Shown here piece after piece: positions 7,888-17,234 of a DNA stretch of 24,000 bases. Positions within the stretch are counted from its first letter, which is position 1. Every line of letters starts with the position of its first letter. Location: assembly GCA_911810475.1 (NCBI GenBank), contig OU461276.1:164823-188822 (forward strand), given 5' to 3'. Made by a program: the position numbers and the translations under genes. The DNA comes from Candidatus Celerinatantimonas neptuna. GTDB taxonomy: Bacteria; Pseudomonadota; Gammaproteobacteria; Enterobacterales; Celerinatantimonadaceae. Under the pieces are notes generated by a model. The model was given only the letters and a program-made list of their open reading frames with translations, searched no databases and was not told the origin of the DNA.

Positions 7888-7991
7888 AATAAATGTCTTA
7901 TCCTAAGTGCTTACACGGTGAAATCCTTACTATCATAATCCAAAAACTAAAATACAGATACATCCCTTAGTGTGAACAGATCAAGCAAAAC

Positions 7992-8315
7992 TCAGTCATC
8001 AGTATGCTTTACCTTAAGTTGCCTATAGACATCAATAAGCTCTCTTATTAACTCCCCAGCTAACATAGCTGTCATCAGATGATCCTGAGCATGAACCATG
8101 ATTAATGTCATCGAAACTTTACCCTCGCCTTCATCCTCCTCAATCAACTGAGTCTGGACCTTATGCGCTTCACTCACATATCCCTGAGCTTCAATCATTT
8201 TTTCACCAGCCCCTTTAAGATCACCTTTTTTAGCCTGCTTTAGTGCCTCAAAATAAAGGCTGCGCGCCTGACCCGCATTAATGATGATGCCCATAACAAC
8301 CTGTTCTTGATCCAT
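7992..8315 (-). CDS. PTS lactose/cellobiose-family EIIA component
   Basis: MDQEQVVMGIIINAGQARSLYFEALKQAKKGD...HKVQTQLI...LIMVHAQDHLMTAM, including the phosphorylatable His region. AGGGGA lies 9 nt before ATG 8315. The alternative start at 8342 would overlap the GH1 gene. Confidence 0.85.
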   Translation of the reverse strand: MDQEQVVMGIIINAGQARSLYFEALKQAKKGDLKGAGEKMIEAQGYVSEAHKVQTQLIEEDEGEGKVSMTLIMVHAQDHLMTAMLAGELIRELIDVYRQLKVKHTDD

Positions 8316-8319
8316 CGCT

Positions 8320-9714
8320 TTAGTCCCCTGCTTCAAATCCATGGTTTAATGCAACCTGTGCAATCCACTGCCCACTTTTTTTAATTGACCGTTGCTGAGT
8401 TGCCAGATCCAATGCTATAAATCCATAACGATTTTTATAAGCATTCGACCAGGACCAACAGTCAATAAAGGTCCATAAATGATAGCCCAGACAATTTGCG
8501 CCTTCTTGTAAAGCCCGGTTAACCCACATCAGATGTCCGCGTACAAAATCAATCCGGTAATCGTCTTGAACCTGGCCATCGCGAATAAATCGTTCTTCGC
8601 CTTCAACGCCCATCCCATTTTCTGAAATATAGCATGGAATATTGCCGTAATTATCCCGCAGGTTAATGAGAATATCATAGACACCCTTCTCATAAATTTC
8701 CCAACCCCGATGAGGATTCATCTTCCGGCCCGGCATTTCATATGGCTCAAAAAACCACTCCGGCAACATGGGCCCTTCAGGATTCACAGCCGTTAAACGT
8801 GCTTTAACCCGGCGGGGCTGGTAATAATTAATACCTAACAAATCAACCCGTCCATCAGCAATTAAGGAACTATCTTGCGGTTGAGCCACCGGCGACAAAT
8901 CATGGTCATGTATAAATTGAGCTAGCTCCTGATGGTAATACCCCAAAACAGCCGGGTCTAAAAAACTACGGTTAAACAGCAAATCCACAATGCGTGCAGC
9001 TTTGAGATCAGCCGGATGTTGTGAGCGGGGATACGATGGCGTTAAGTTCAAAATCATACCAATCTGGCCAGATTGCCCCATCTGCCTGAAACGGCTCACA
9101 GCTTTAGCATGAGCAAGCATGGTATGGTATGCCACCTGTACGGCTCGCTTAAAATCGACGACATTCGGGTAGTGTGCATCATAGAGATACCCCTGCTCCA
9201 CAGGAACAATCGGCTCGTTAAAGGTAAACCAGTGCTGGACTTGCTCACCAAATAACTCAAAACAAATCGCCGCATAATCGGCATAAGTATCGACAACATC
9301 ACGATTTTCCCAGCCACCAATGGCCTGCATCGCCATCGGCATATCAAAGTGATATAAGCAGATAAAGGGGTCAATTCCACTCGATTTTAATTTTTCAATC
9401 ATCGCGCGATAAAAGCTCACGGCCTTCTGATTCACCGTTCCGGTTCCATCCGGGATGAGCCGCGACCAGGAAATAGATGTTCTGAAACTGTTATGACCCA
9501 GCTGCTTCATCAAATCGATATCCGACTCAAAACGATCATAAAAAGTGGATGTCTCGTGTGGGCCCACGCTATCAAAAAAACGATGGGGCTCTTTTTCAAA
9601 CCAATGATCCCAAATACTGGGGCCTTTCCCATCACGTTTTCCCGCCCCTTCGCTCTGAGCAGCAGAGCTGGCACTGCCCCACCAAAAATCATCGGGGAAT
9701 CGATAAAAAGTCAT
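8320..9714 (-). CDS. Glycoside hydrolase family 1 6-phospho-beta-glucosidase
   Basis: FPDDFWWGSASSAAQSEGA, the acid/base motif TFNEP and the nucleophile motif ISENGMG. Length 464 aa. Embedded in a PTS operon. Confidence 0.9.
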   Translation of the reverse strand: MTFYRFPDDFWWGSASSAAQSEGAGKRDGKGPSIWDHWFEKEPHRFFDSVGPHETSTFYDRFESDIDLMKQLGHNSFRTSISWSRLIPDGTGTVNQKAVSFYRAMIEKLKSSGIDPFICLYHFDMPMAMQAIGGWENRDVVDTYADYAAICFELFGEQVQHWFTFNEPIVPVEQGYLYDAHYPNVVDFKRAVQVAYHTMLAHAKAVSRFRQMGQSGQIGMILNLTPSYPRSQHPADLKAARIVDLLFNRSFLDPAVLGYYHQELAQFIHDHDLSPVAQPQDSSLIADGRVDLLGINYYQPRRVKARLTAVNPEGPMLPEWFFEPYEMPGRKMNPHRGWEIYEKGVYDILINLRDNYGNIPCYISENGMGVEGEERFIRDGQVQDDYRIDFVRGHLMWVNRALQEGANCLGYHLWTFIDCWSWSNAYKNRYGFIALDLATQQRSIKKSGQWIAQVALNHGFEAGD

Positions 9715-9767
9715 AACGTCGTCCTTGTTGATAATCTAAAGGCCGACAAAGCGCCGGTCCGCATCTG

Positions 9768-11111
9768 CTAAATCGTCACGGGTTTACCCGAATGCGCTTC
9801 TTTTTCCTGTTGTTTTTGCTCTGCTGCTTTACTTGCCTCTTCTTTTAGAAGTTGTTTTTCATAGACTTTCAAGAAAGGCAAGTACATCAATGCGGCGGTA
9901 AACATACAAAACAGGCACATAAAGACCGGTGTAATGGCCCAGTTTGCAGCCCATGAAGCACCAATAGGCGCTGGTGTTGTCCAGGCTGTCATCGAGACCA
10001 CCCTTGGAAGTAAGCCCCAATACGTTGCAGCATAGGCAATCACCGCGTTAATCATCGGAATAAACACAAACGGTAAGAAAAATAGAGGGTTCATAATCAC
10101 CGGGGCACCAAACAAAATCGGTTCATTAATGTTAAACAGGCCTGGAATCACCCCCATCCGCCCAATGGTTTTTAAATGAACAGACTTGCTCCTTATCAGC
10201 AAAAAGGCCAGAGGTAATGTTGAGCCGACCCCACCGATCAACAGATAATGATCCCAAAATCCCTGCGTATAGATATGCGGAATAGCCTGACCTGCGGCAA
10301 GAGCCATCTGATTAGCCGACAAGTTCGCCATCCAGAATGGATTCATGATCCCGGTTACAATTAGGGCCCCGTGGATCCCGGCAAACCAGAGGATCTGACA
10401 AATAAAGACCGACAATAATACAGCGGGTAGTGAATCAGATGCCGAAACTAACGGCGCGACTAAAGACATAATCCAGGCGGGTAAAATCATCCCTGTTTCA
10501 TGCTCCAAAATCAGATTTAACGGATAAAGTGTAAAAATAATTGCAAGTACCGGAACCAGAATTTCAAAAGACCGGGAAACACCACTTGGAACCTGAGGCG
10601 GCAGCCGGATAGTAATATGGTGACGTTTCAAAAATGCATAGACTTCCGTTGAATAAATTGCGACGACCAGAGCAGTAAAAATACCCTGTCCCGAAAAATA
10701 CTGCGTCGAAATCATGCCATCTTTATAAGGCGCCGCCACCAGCAGAAAAGCCATCAATGACAGAAGACCCGTTGTAATCGGATCCAGCTTATAATGACGG
10801 GCTAAACTTGCTGCAACCCCCACCGAAATAAATAACGTCATAATCCCCATACTCAGATTAAACGGCAACATCAAAATATCCCGATGCTTCACAGAAAAAG
10901 CCAGCCACGCTTTTGCAAATCCCCAGGTTGTGTGTTCAGAAAATGGTGGAAAGATAAAAACCAACATGAATGAACCCACAATCATGAAAGGTAATGCAGC
11001 AATAAAGCCATCACGAATTGATGTGATATATTTTTGCTGGCCGATTTTCCCGGCGATGGGGGTAATTTTACTTTCTATGAGATCGGACAGCTTATCAAAA
11101 CGAGTACTCAT
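9768..11111 (-). CDS. PTS cellobiose/chitobiose-type EIIC permease
   Basis: ITSIRDGFIAALPFMIVGSF, WFAGIHG, LFNINEPILFGAPVIMNP. Polytopic membrane protein of 447 aa. Confidence 0.9.
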   Translation of the reverse strand: MSTRFDKLSDLIESKITPIAGKIGQQKYITSIRDGFIAALPFMIVGSFMLVFIFPPFSEHTTWGFAKAWLAFSVKHRDILMLPFNLSMGIMTLFISVGVAASLARHYKLDPITTGLLSLMAFLLVAAPYKDGMISTQYFSGQGIFTALVVAIYSTEVYAFLKRHHITIRLPPQVPSGVSRSFEILVPVLAIIFTLYPLNLILEHETGMILPAWIMSLVAPLVSASDSLPAVLLSVFICQILWFAGIHGALIVTGIMNPFWMANLSANQMALAAGQAIPHIYTQGFWDHYLLIGGVGSTLPLAFLLIRSKSVHLKTIGRMGVIPGLFNINEPILFGAPVIMNPLFFLPFVFIPMINAVIAYAATYWGLLPRVVSMTAWTTPAPIGASWAANWAITPVFMCLFCMFTAALMYLPFLKVYEKQLLKEEASKAAEQKQQEKEAHSGKPVTI

Positions 11112-11127
11112 TGGGCCTCCTTACCTG

Positions 11128-11442
11128 TCAGGCTGCGTCATCAATTAATGACAGCGCCTGTTCAAGTACATTTGTGCCTTTTTGCATACCATAATCAGCC
11201 ATATTGATTACATCAACTGCGACATGATAATCCTTTGCTTTTTCCTGCAAGTCATCCAGCATATATTTCACTTGCGGACCCAGTAAGACGACCTGATACT
11301 GACCGACCTGTTCGCTAAACTCAGCCACACTATACGCATCAATCCTGACCGGTAACTCACGTTCTGCTGCAGCTTGTCTCATTTTGGTCACCAGTAAGCT
11401 GGTTGACATACCAGCCGAGCAACACAACATAATTCTGTACAT
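11128..11442 (-). CDS. PTS lactose/cellobiose-family EIIB component
   Basis: MYRIMLCCSAGMSTSLLVTKM carries the active-site Cys motif. GGAG precedes ATG 11442, whereas the track start at 11454 lacks an SD. Confidence 0.88.
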   Translation of the reverse strand: MYRIMLCCSAGMSTSLLVTKMRQAAAERELPVRIDAYSVAEFSEQVGQYQVVLLGPQVKYMLDDLQEKAKDYHVAVDVINMADYGMQKGTNVLEQALSLIDDAA

Positions 11443-11489
11443 ACTCAACTCCATTTAATGAATGATTACACTAATAACTATAATCCTTT

Positions 11490-11523
11490 GGAAAATATTG
11501 GAAACCGGTTTCCAATATTTTCC
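11490..11523. promoter_or_regulatory. Perfect 34-bp palindrome; LacI-family operator of the PTS/GH1 operon
   Basis: GGAAAATATTGGAAACCGGTTTCCAATATTTTCC, centred at 11506/11507. The core TGGAAACCGGTTTCCA fits the LacI-family operator pattern. It lies 48 nt upstream of the IIB start and overlaps a candidate promoter (TTTCCA -35, TATAGT -10 at 11477-11482, minus strand). Confidence 0.75.
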
Positions 11524-12069
11524 TTTCAAACTGAGTAATAGATCACAATGGCGATACATTGAACTGGGGTAACGTTCCTGACTAGGAGGGTTTATCTTTG
11601 GCAGTCGTATTCACTGCAAACAGCAGTTAATTCAGACAAAGCAGATCCTGTATATCTATAGCAGGTCGTAAATAACAGACGTCGTCTCAGGATAGATAAA
11701 GACAGATAAAATCACACAAGATAAACCCGTTCGTTCATAACCATTAAACGAATATCAGTTCATCCGATAAAAAGTTGATGTCACACGATTAGAATATCAA
11801 TCTAAAGTATATACCATCAGGCACGCAAATACCCATAACACATTAATTTTTAATATAAATTATCCCAGTATTGAATTTATCGAAACATCTGAAGTGGGAT
11901 CTGACAAAAAAATAAAAAGAGTAATGTACATTTATCCCGGCTGGCTAAAAGCTATTTTTCAGTCCAAAGCGCAGTACCGACAATAAAACTGCTTCAGCAA
12001 TGATAGAAACCGCCACCGGGTCATCATTTTAATACCATCACCACCTTTCAAAGATGTTTAGAAGGAACT

Positions 12070-13368
12070 ATGGGCGAACAATGGATGCGTATCACCGTCA
12101 GTTTAATTGAAGAATATATTAATCCGGTTGCTAATTTACTGACTCAAAATAAACATATCACAGCCATTCGAGATGGTTTTCAGTTATCAATGCCTTTTGT
12201 CATCGTAGGCAGCCTATTCGTCCCTTTTTTATATCCGCCTCTGAAAACGATGACATCAAACGGACAACACGAGAGCTGGTGGTATAGCCTGATGAATATG
12301 CTGCATCCGTGGTTGCTTCCCACATTTCAACTGACATCCGGTGTCATCAGTTTAATCATTGCCTTTGGAGCTTCGGCCAGTTTAGCCAAACAATATCAAA
12401 TGCCACAAAGGCTATGCGGTCTCACCGGATGCATGGCCTTTCTTCTGTTAATCGGATTTGTCGATGGCCAAATTCAGGGGCTTCGTTATCTGGGGGCAAT
12501 GGGGATTTTTACTGCCATGTTTGCCAGTATCTATTCCATTGAAATGATGCGTTTTTTCTATCGTAAAGGCTGGTATATCCGGCTACCCGACGAAGTACCG
12601 CAAATGACTTGCAACGGATTCGCCCTGATTTTACCACTATTTTTTATTTTACTATCACTCACCTGCTTCAACATTCTTCTGAAGCAGAAATTTGGATTAT
12701 TATTTCCACAACTTATGGAAAACATTTTCCATCCGTTAATTATTGCATCAGATACTTTATCTGCTGTTATTTTATCTCTGCTGGTCTGCCATTTACTCTG
12801 GTTTATCGGCATCCATGGCTCCATTCTGGTGACCGGGATCATGAATCCATTCTGGATGACCAATCTAATCAGCAATCAAAATGCTCTGGCGACCGGAGAA
12901 ATTCCATCGCATATCTATCTGCAGGGTTTCTGGGATTACTATCTGTTAATTGGCGGGGTGGGCTCAACGCTTCCACTGATTTTTATGGCGATGCGAAGTC
13001 GATCGAAACAACTAAGATCGGTCGGAAAAATCGGAATATTACCATCACTGTTTAATATCAACGAACCTATCTTATTTGGATTCCCTATTATTATGAATCC
13101 GCTATTCCTCATTCCGTTTCTCTGCGTTCCTGTGATCAACGCCTGCATTGCCTGGTATCTGACCGAAATAGGCATTCTCTCTCACTTCGTCGCCATGCTT
13201 CCCTGGTCAATGCCATCCCCTCTGGGAGCTGCCTGGGCCGCTAATGGCAGCATCAATAACTTACTTATGAGCTTACTCGCTATTGCTATTTCATGGAGTA
13301 TCTATCGTCCATTTTTCAAAGTGCATGAAAAACAATTGCTGGAGCAGGAACAGCGCAACAAGAACTAG
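12070..13368 (+). CDS. Orphan PTS cellobiose-type EIIC paralogue
   Basis: ITAIRDGFQLSMPFVIVGSLF, LWFIGIHGSILVTGIMNPFWM, LFNINEPILFGFPIIMNPLF. Long blocks are near-identical to the EIIC at 9768-11111. AAGGA precedes ATG 12070. Confidence 0.88.
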   Translation: MGEQWMRITVSLIEEYINPVANLLTQNKHITAIRDGFQLSMPFVIVGSLFVPFLYPPLKTMTSNGQHESWWYSLMNMLHPWLLPTFQLTSGVISLIIAFGASASLAKQYQMPQRLCGLTGCMAFLLLIGFVDGQIQGLRYLGAMGIFTAMFASIYSIEMMRFFYRKGWYIRLPDEVPQMTCNGFALILPLFFILLSLTCFNILLKQKFGLLFPQLMENIFHPLIIASDTLSAVILSLLVCHLLWFIGIHGSILVTGIMNPFWMTNLISNQNALATGEIPSHIYLQGFWDYYLLIGGVGSTLPLIFMAMRSRSKQLRSVGKIGILPSLFNINEPILFGFPIIMNPLFLIPFLCVPVINACIAWYLTEIGILSHFVAMLPWSMPSPLGAAWAANGSINNLLMSLLAIAISWSIYRPFFKVHEKQLLEQEQRNKN

Positions 13369-13436
13369 CGTATAAACCAGAGGTTAACCCGAGCACATTC
13401 AAATGCAACAAAAGGACATTTCCCCTGAATACCTCG

Positions 13437-14954
13437 TCACTGAGTCATCACATCTTCAAAGACAGTGACGATACGTAGCTGATAACCAACCTGATAGTGA
13501 TAATGAACCTCAGTCTGAAGATCGAAATACGTTTGAGGGTTACATTCAAGCCATGATTCAGATAACCCTAAAGCAATATCATGCTGCTCAACCGACAAAG
13601 ATAACTGAGGCATCTTCTGACCACGACGCCCCCGCTGTAAAATAATCGCCAGCCTCAACAACAACAAAACCTTCAACAACGATTCACTCTTAGAAGTAAA
13701 GTTTTTACTGATTCGTTTCCGGTGAGCCTTAATCAACAAAGCAAGCTGAGCTTGTTCTGAACGGGAAAACCCAGGTAAATCAACATGTTCAACAATATAT
13801 GCGCCATGTTTATGATAATCACTATGGGTGATATCCAACCCTATCTGAAACAATAGAGCGCCCCAGTGAAGCAGCTGAGACATCCGGTTAATCTGAGGCC
13901 ATCCGTGTGCCTGTTCAAGTAAACGCTGAGCACTCTTATCAACACGGTGAGCAAACTCCATATTGACATGAAAGCGATTTGCTAAATTACGAATACTGAC
14001 CTCACGAATATCCCGGTGTTCCAACCGTCCTTTGAGATCATAAAGCAATCCTTCCCGGAGGGCCCAACGGGCAGCAACCATTTGCTTAAGACCTAGCCCT
14101 TCAAATAAGGTAATCAGGATAATCAGACCGCCTAAAAAAACCGGATAACGGTTTTCCGATAATCCATTGATTGAGTACTCAACACTACCAGCCTGACGGT
14201 ATTCATCTAACATCTGTTCAAGATATTTCAGTTTGATCGTCCCGTCACTCCATCCTTTAGCCCGGCAAATATCAGCAGCGGCTCTAATCGTCCCAGAAGC
14301 ACCCAGCTCTTCATCCCAGCCATTATCCTGGAGTGTTTCCAAAACAGGCAGTAACTCTTGCATACAGGCAGAACGGGCATTTTTAATTTTCCCTGAAGTC
14401 ACTTTCCCTTTTGCAAAAAAAAGTTTGGTGATAGCCACACACCCCATACTCAGACTTTCTTTTACTTTAGGTTCCATACCCTGGCCAATAATGATTTCAG
14501 TACTTCCCCCACCGATATCAGCCACTAAACGCTGGCCAGGCTGTGGCGCAAGATCACAGGCTACGCCCAGATAAATAATACGAGCCTCTTCTTCACCCGA
14601 GATAATTTCGACAGGATGCCCCAGCAGTTTTTCTGCTTTTTCTAAAAATTCATCACCGTTTTTAACACTACGAAGTGTTTTTGTCCCGGCGATACGAACA
14701 TTACCTACCGAAATCCCACGCAACCTTTCTCCAAAGCGAGCAAAACAAGCCATTGCACGCTCAATAGCCTGCTGGTCCAATTCACCATGTTCATTTAACC
14801 CCCAGCCCAAACGAACCGGCTCTTTAATCCGATCCACAATATGGATCTGCTCACCTTCCCAGCGAGCAATAATTAAATGAAAACTATTTGAACCAAGATC
14901 AAGGGCTGCGATCTGTTGACCACGAGGATTTTCCAGGGGAGATACGTTCAACAT
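13437..14954 (-). CDS. Ppx/GppA-family phosphatase (exopolyphosphatase / pppGpp phosphohydrolase)
   Basis: ALDLGSNSFHLIIAR, VEIISGEEEARIIYLGVA, LVADIGGGSTEII, ALREGLLYD. Length 505 aa. I cannot separate Ppx from GppA by eye. Confidence 0.85.
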   Translation of the reverse strand: MLNVSPLENPRGQQIAALDLGSNSFHLIIARWEGEQIHIVDRIKEPVRLGWGLNEHGELDQQAIERAMACFARFGERLRGISVGNVRIAGTKTLRSVKNGDEFLEKAEKLLGHPVEIISGEEEARIIYLGVACDLAPQPGQRLVADIGGGSTEIIIGQGMEPKVKESLSMGCVAITKLFFAKGKVTSGKIKNARSACMQELLPVLETLQDNGWDEELGASGTIRAAADICRAKGWSDGTIKLKYLEQMLDEYRQAGSVEYSINGLSENRYPVFLGGLIILITLFEGLGLKQMVAARWALREGLLYDLKGRLEHRDIREVSIRNLANRFHVNMEFAHRVDKSAQRLLEQAHGWPQINRMSQLLHWGALLFQIGLDITHSDYHKHGAYIVEHVDLPGFSRSEQAQLALLIKAHRKRISKNFTSKSESLLKVLLLLRLAIILQRGRRGQKMPQLSLSVEQHDIALGLSESWLECNPQTYFDLQTEVHYHYQVGYQLRIVTVFEDVMTQ

Positions 14955-15032
14955 GAAACAAAATGATAGCCTGTGAATAATATCTAGTAGACCGCTAACG
15001 CCCCCTTCAGGTCAAGTTTTTTGCTCATCCAT

Positions 15033-15752
15033 TCACATTTTCAGATAGAAATCCCGACATATTTGCTCAAACGCCCGACTATAAACACCCGGGCTTTGAT
15101 ATATTGAAAGTTGTTCAGATAAACAGGTCCCGTTTTGTCGACTAAACGTTAACAAAACCCGCTGAATCTGTGGACTTTTAGCATTTGTAGCCACTTCACA
15201 ACAACGCTTTAAATACCATCCGGTCGACGCACTTTTCCCAATGAGCCGATATGCGGCATCTGTTGGCAAAATTAATGACAGTTGCCCGTCAGCTGTCGCC
15301 AAACGTGCGCTATGTTCAAGCAATTCAATGTGAGAAAGCGTTTGAGTATGTCTGGCGACTGCCCGTCTAGGGTCAGAAAAGTGTTGGCCGGGAACAAAAT
15401 AAGGAGGATTACTCAATTGATGCGAAAAAGGCCCGCCTTCAAATTCAGACAACTCACAATGATGGATAAGCAACCGCTCATACCATGGGCAAAAACTGGC
15501 ATTCAATGCCGCCTGCGAGACAGCATCCGCATCAATATCGATCCCCTCAACCGTCGTATTAGAAGCACTTCGCTGTGCCGCCATTAAAGTAATTAAACCA
15601 CTGCCGCAACCGATATCTAAAATGCGACAAGCGTCTTCTAAATGACTCCAGGCGCCTAATAAAATACCATCAGTCCCGACTTTCATCGCACATCCATCAT
15701 GAGCAATATGAAATTGTTTAAATGTAAAACCGGGATGTTCCTGATGTTGCAA
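15033..15752 (-). CDS. trmN6: tRNA1(Val) (adenine37-N6)-methyltransferase (YfiC/TrmN6)
   Basis: FTFKQFHIAHDGCAMKVGTDGILLGAW, SAM motif ILDIGCGSGLITLMAAQR, catalytic NPPYF. Divergent from srmB as in E. coli. Confidence 0.85.
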   Translation of the reverse strand: MQHQEHPGFTFKQFHIAHDGCAMKVGTDGILLGAWSHLEDACRILDIGCGSGLITLMAAQRSASNTTVEGIDIDADAVSQAALNASFCPWYERLLIHHCELSEFEGGPFSHQLSNPPYFVPGQHFSDPRRAVARHTQTLSHIELLEHSARLATADGQLSLILPTDAAYRLIGKSASTGWYLKRCCEVATNAKSPQIQRVLLTFSRQNGTCLSEQLSIYQSPGVYSRAFEQICRDFYLKM

Positions 15753-15862
15753 AACTTTAGTTTCCAGACGCGTTTATTACTATAATAGGCAGCAACTTTA
15801 TGGAGGACTAATTCTAAAAGCAAGTCCTCAGACATTAATGATAATAATTTAGTAGAGATTTC

Positions 15863-17116
15863 ATGACTTTTGACCAACTAGAACTCGACGATGAACTGCT
15901 TGAAGCCCTTGAGCAACAACAACTCAGTCGCCCGACTTTAATCCAACAGCAGGTTATTCCAACCCTATTAGACGGGCACGATGTTCTGGCTTCAGCTCCT
16001 ACCGGTACCGGTAAAACCCTTGCATTTCTATTACCGGCTCTACAGCATCTGCTGGATTATCCCCGTCGAAATAGAAAAGACAATAGGATACCCCGGATCC
16101 TGATACTCACTCCGACACGCGAATTGGCACTGCAGATTGCAGAACAGGCACGACAGCTCACACAACATACCGGACATCAGGTCATTGATATCACAGGCGG
16201 CATCCACCATACCGAACACGCTGAGCAATTCAAACAGGGATGCGATATCGTTGTGGCAACGCCAGGACGTCTGATTGAGTACATCAATGCCCAGGTTTTT
16301 GACTGCCATGCCATCGAATGGTTTATTCTGGATGAAGCCGATCGCATGCTCGATATGGGATTTGTGAATGAAATGAATCAAATCGCGAGCAAACTCACAG
16401 CAAGAGAGCGAACTGCATTATTTTCAGCCACGTTAGAGGGAGACAAACTGGTTCAGTTTGCCAAAGACGTGATGCAAAATGCCCAACTTATCGAAGTTGA
16501 TCCGCCACGTCGTGAACGAGGCAAAATCCTGGAGTATTACCACAACTGCGATGACTTATCCCATAAACGGGCCCTGCTTTGTCACTACTTAAATTCCGAT
16601 GAAGTCAGCCGGGCTATTGTTTTTGTAAAAACCCGGGATCGACTGGATGAACTGGTTGCCTATCTACAAGGACAAGGTATTCAAGTTGCCTACCTTCGTG
16701 GAGAAATGTCTCAGTCCCGTCGCAGCAATGCACTGGATCGATTAAAAGAAGGAAAAGTCAGAGCACTGATTGCAACCGATGTTGCCTCCAGAGGTATTGA
16801 TATTCCGGATATCACTCATGTCTTCAATTATGATATGCCCCGTAGTGCCGATGTTTATGTTCACCGCATTGGCAGAACAGCCAGAGCCGGTAAAAAAGGA
16901 TGTGCTGTCAGCCTTGTCGAAGCTCATGACCTGGTTATCCTCGGGAAAATAGAACGATATACGCATAACCGGATTCGCAGACGAATTATTGATTCTTTAC
17001 GCCCTAGTCATAAAGTTCCGACAAAAATACCTAAAAAGGTTAAAGCAAAGAAAAAAACAAAAATGAACACTGCGACAAGCAAACCTAAAAAAAGAACGCA
17101 GAGTCATAAAAAATAG
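15863..17116 (+). CDS. srmB: ATP-dependent DEAD-box RNA helicase SrmB
   Basis: Q-motif PTLIQQQVIP, APTGTGKT, LLPALQHLLDYPRR, ILDEADRMLDMGF (DEAD), SAT, HRIGRTARAG, and a Lys-rich tail. Colinear with E. coli SrmB. Confidence 0.9.
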   Translation: MTFDQLELDDELLEALEQQQLSRPTLIQQQVIPTLLDGHDVLASAPTGTGKTLAFLLPALQHLLDYPRRNRKDNRIPRILILTPTRELALQIAEQARQLTQHTGHQVIDITGGIHHTEHAEQFKQGCDIVVATPGRLIEYINAQVFDCHAIEWFILDEADRMLDMGFVNEMNQIASKLTARERTALFSATLEGDKLVQFAKDVMQNAQLIEVDPPRRERGKILEYYHNCDDLSHKRALLCHYLNSDEVSRAIVFVKTRDRLDELVAYLQGQGIQVAYLRGEMSQSRRSNALDRLKEGKVRALIATDVASRGIDIPDITHVFNYDMPRSADVYVHRIGRTARAGKKGCAVSLVEAHDLVILGKIERYTHNRIRRRIIDSLRPSHKVPTKIPKKVKAKKKTKMNTATSKPKKRTQSHKK

Positions 17117-17234
17117 TCTACAACTGGATCAATTTTTCACCTTTTATGGAGCATAATGTTTTTAACTTTTTCGTTGATTTTCATAAACTCAGGATAATAA
17201 GTCACACCATGTACACTACAATCAGGGGAAATAT

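Noticed and set aside
7905-7920. CTTATCCTAAGT upstream of the LacI-family gene, which resembles the repeat arm CTTATCCCAAGT
   Set aside because: Only about 12 nt match, and the flanks (GTGCTTAC versus TGAGGTT) diverge. It also simply provides the AGGA SD of the regulator. This is too short to call a fourth copy.
9073-9771. Five short ORFs (both strands) overlapping the GH1 gene and its 5' region
   Set aside because: They are nested in or antisense to a 464-aa CDS with catalytic motifs, and none has an SD or motif.
11532-11547. CRP-like site TGAGTAATAGATCACA upstream of the PTS operon
   Set aside because: Only one half-site (TCACA) is consensus, and the other matches 3 of 5. Position (about -70 relative to the guessed TSS) is plausible, but the evidence is insufficient to list it as a feature.
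12309-13175. Four overlapping ORFs on both strands inside the orphan EIIC gene
   Set aside because: They are alternative-frame or antisense artefacts of a long membrane-protein gene.
13371-13392. CCAGAGGTTAAC after the orphan IIC stop, which resembles the copy A end CCAGAGTTGAGGTTAAC
   Set aside because: The match needs a 5-nt gap and covers only about 12 nt, with no second arm or internal homology.
14233-14574. 113-aa plus-strand ORF
   Set aside because: It is antisense to the Ppx/GppA CDS and has no independent support.
15282-15877. ORFs 15282-15587 (+) and 15683-15877 (-)
   Set aside because: The first is antisense to trmN6. The second spans the divergent promoter region and overlaps both real starts.
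16040-16966. Three ORFs (both strands) within srmB
   Set aside because: They are shadow ORFs inside a conserved helicase gene.
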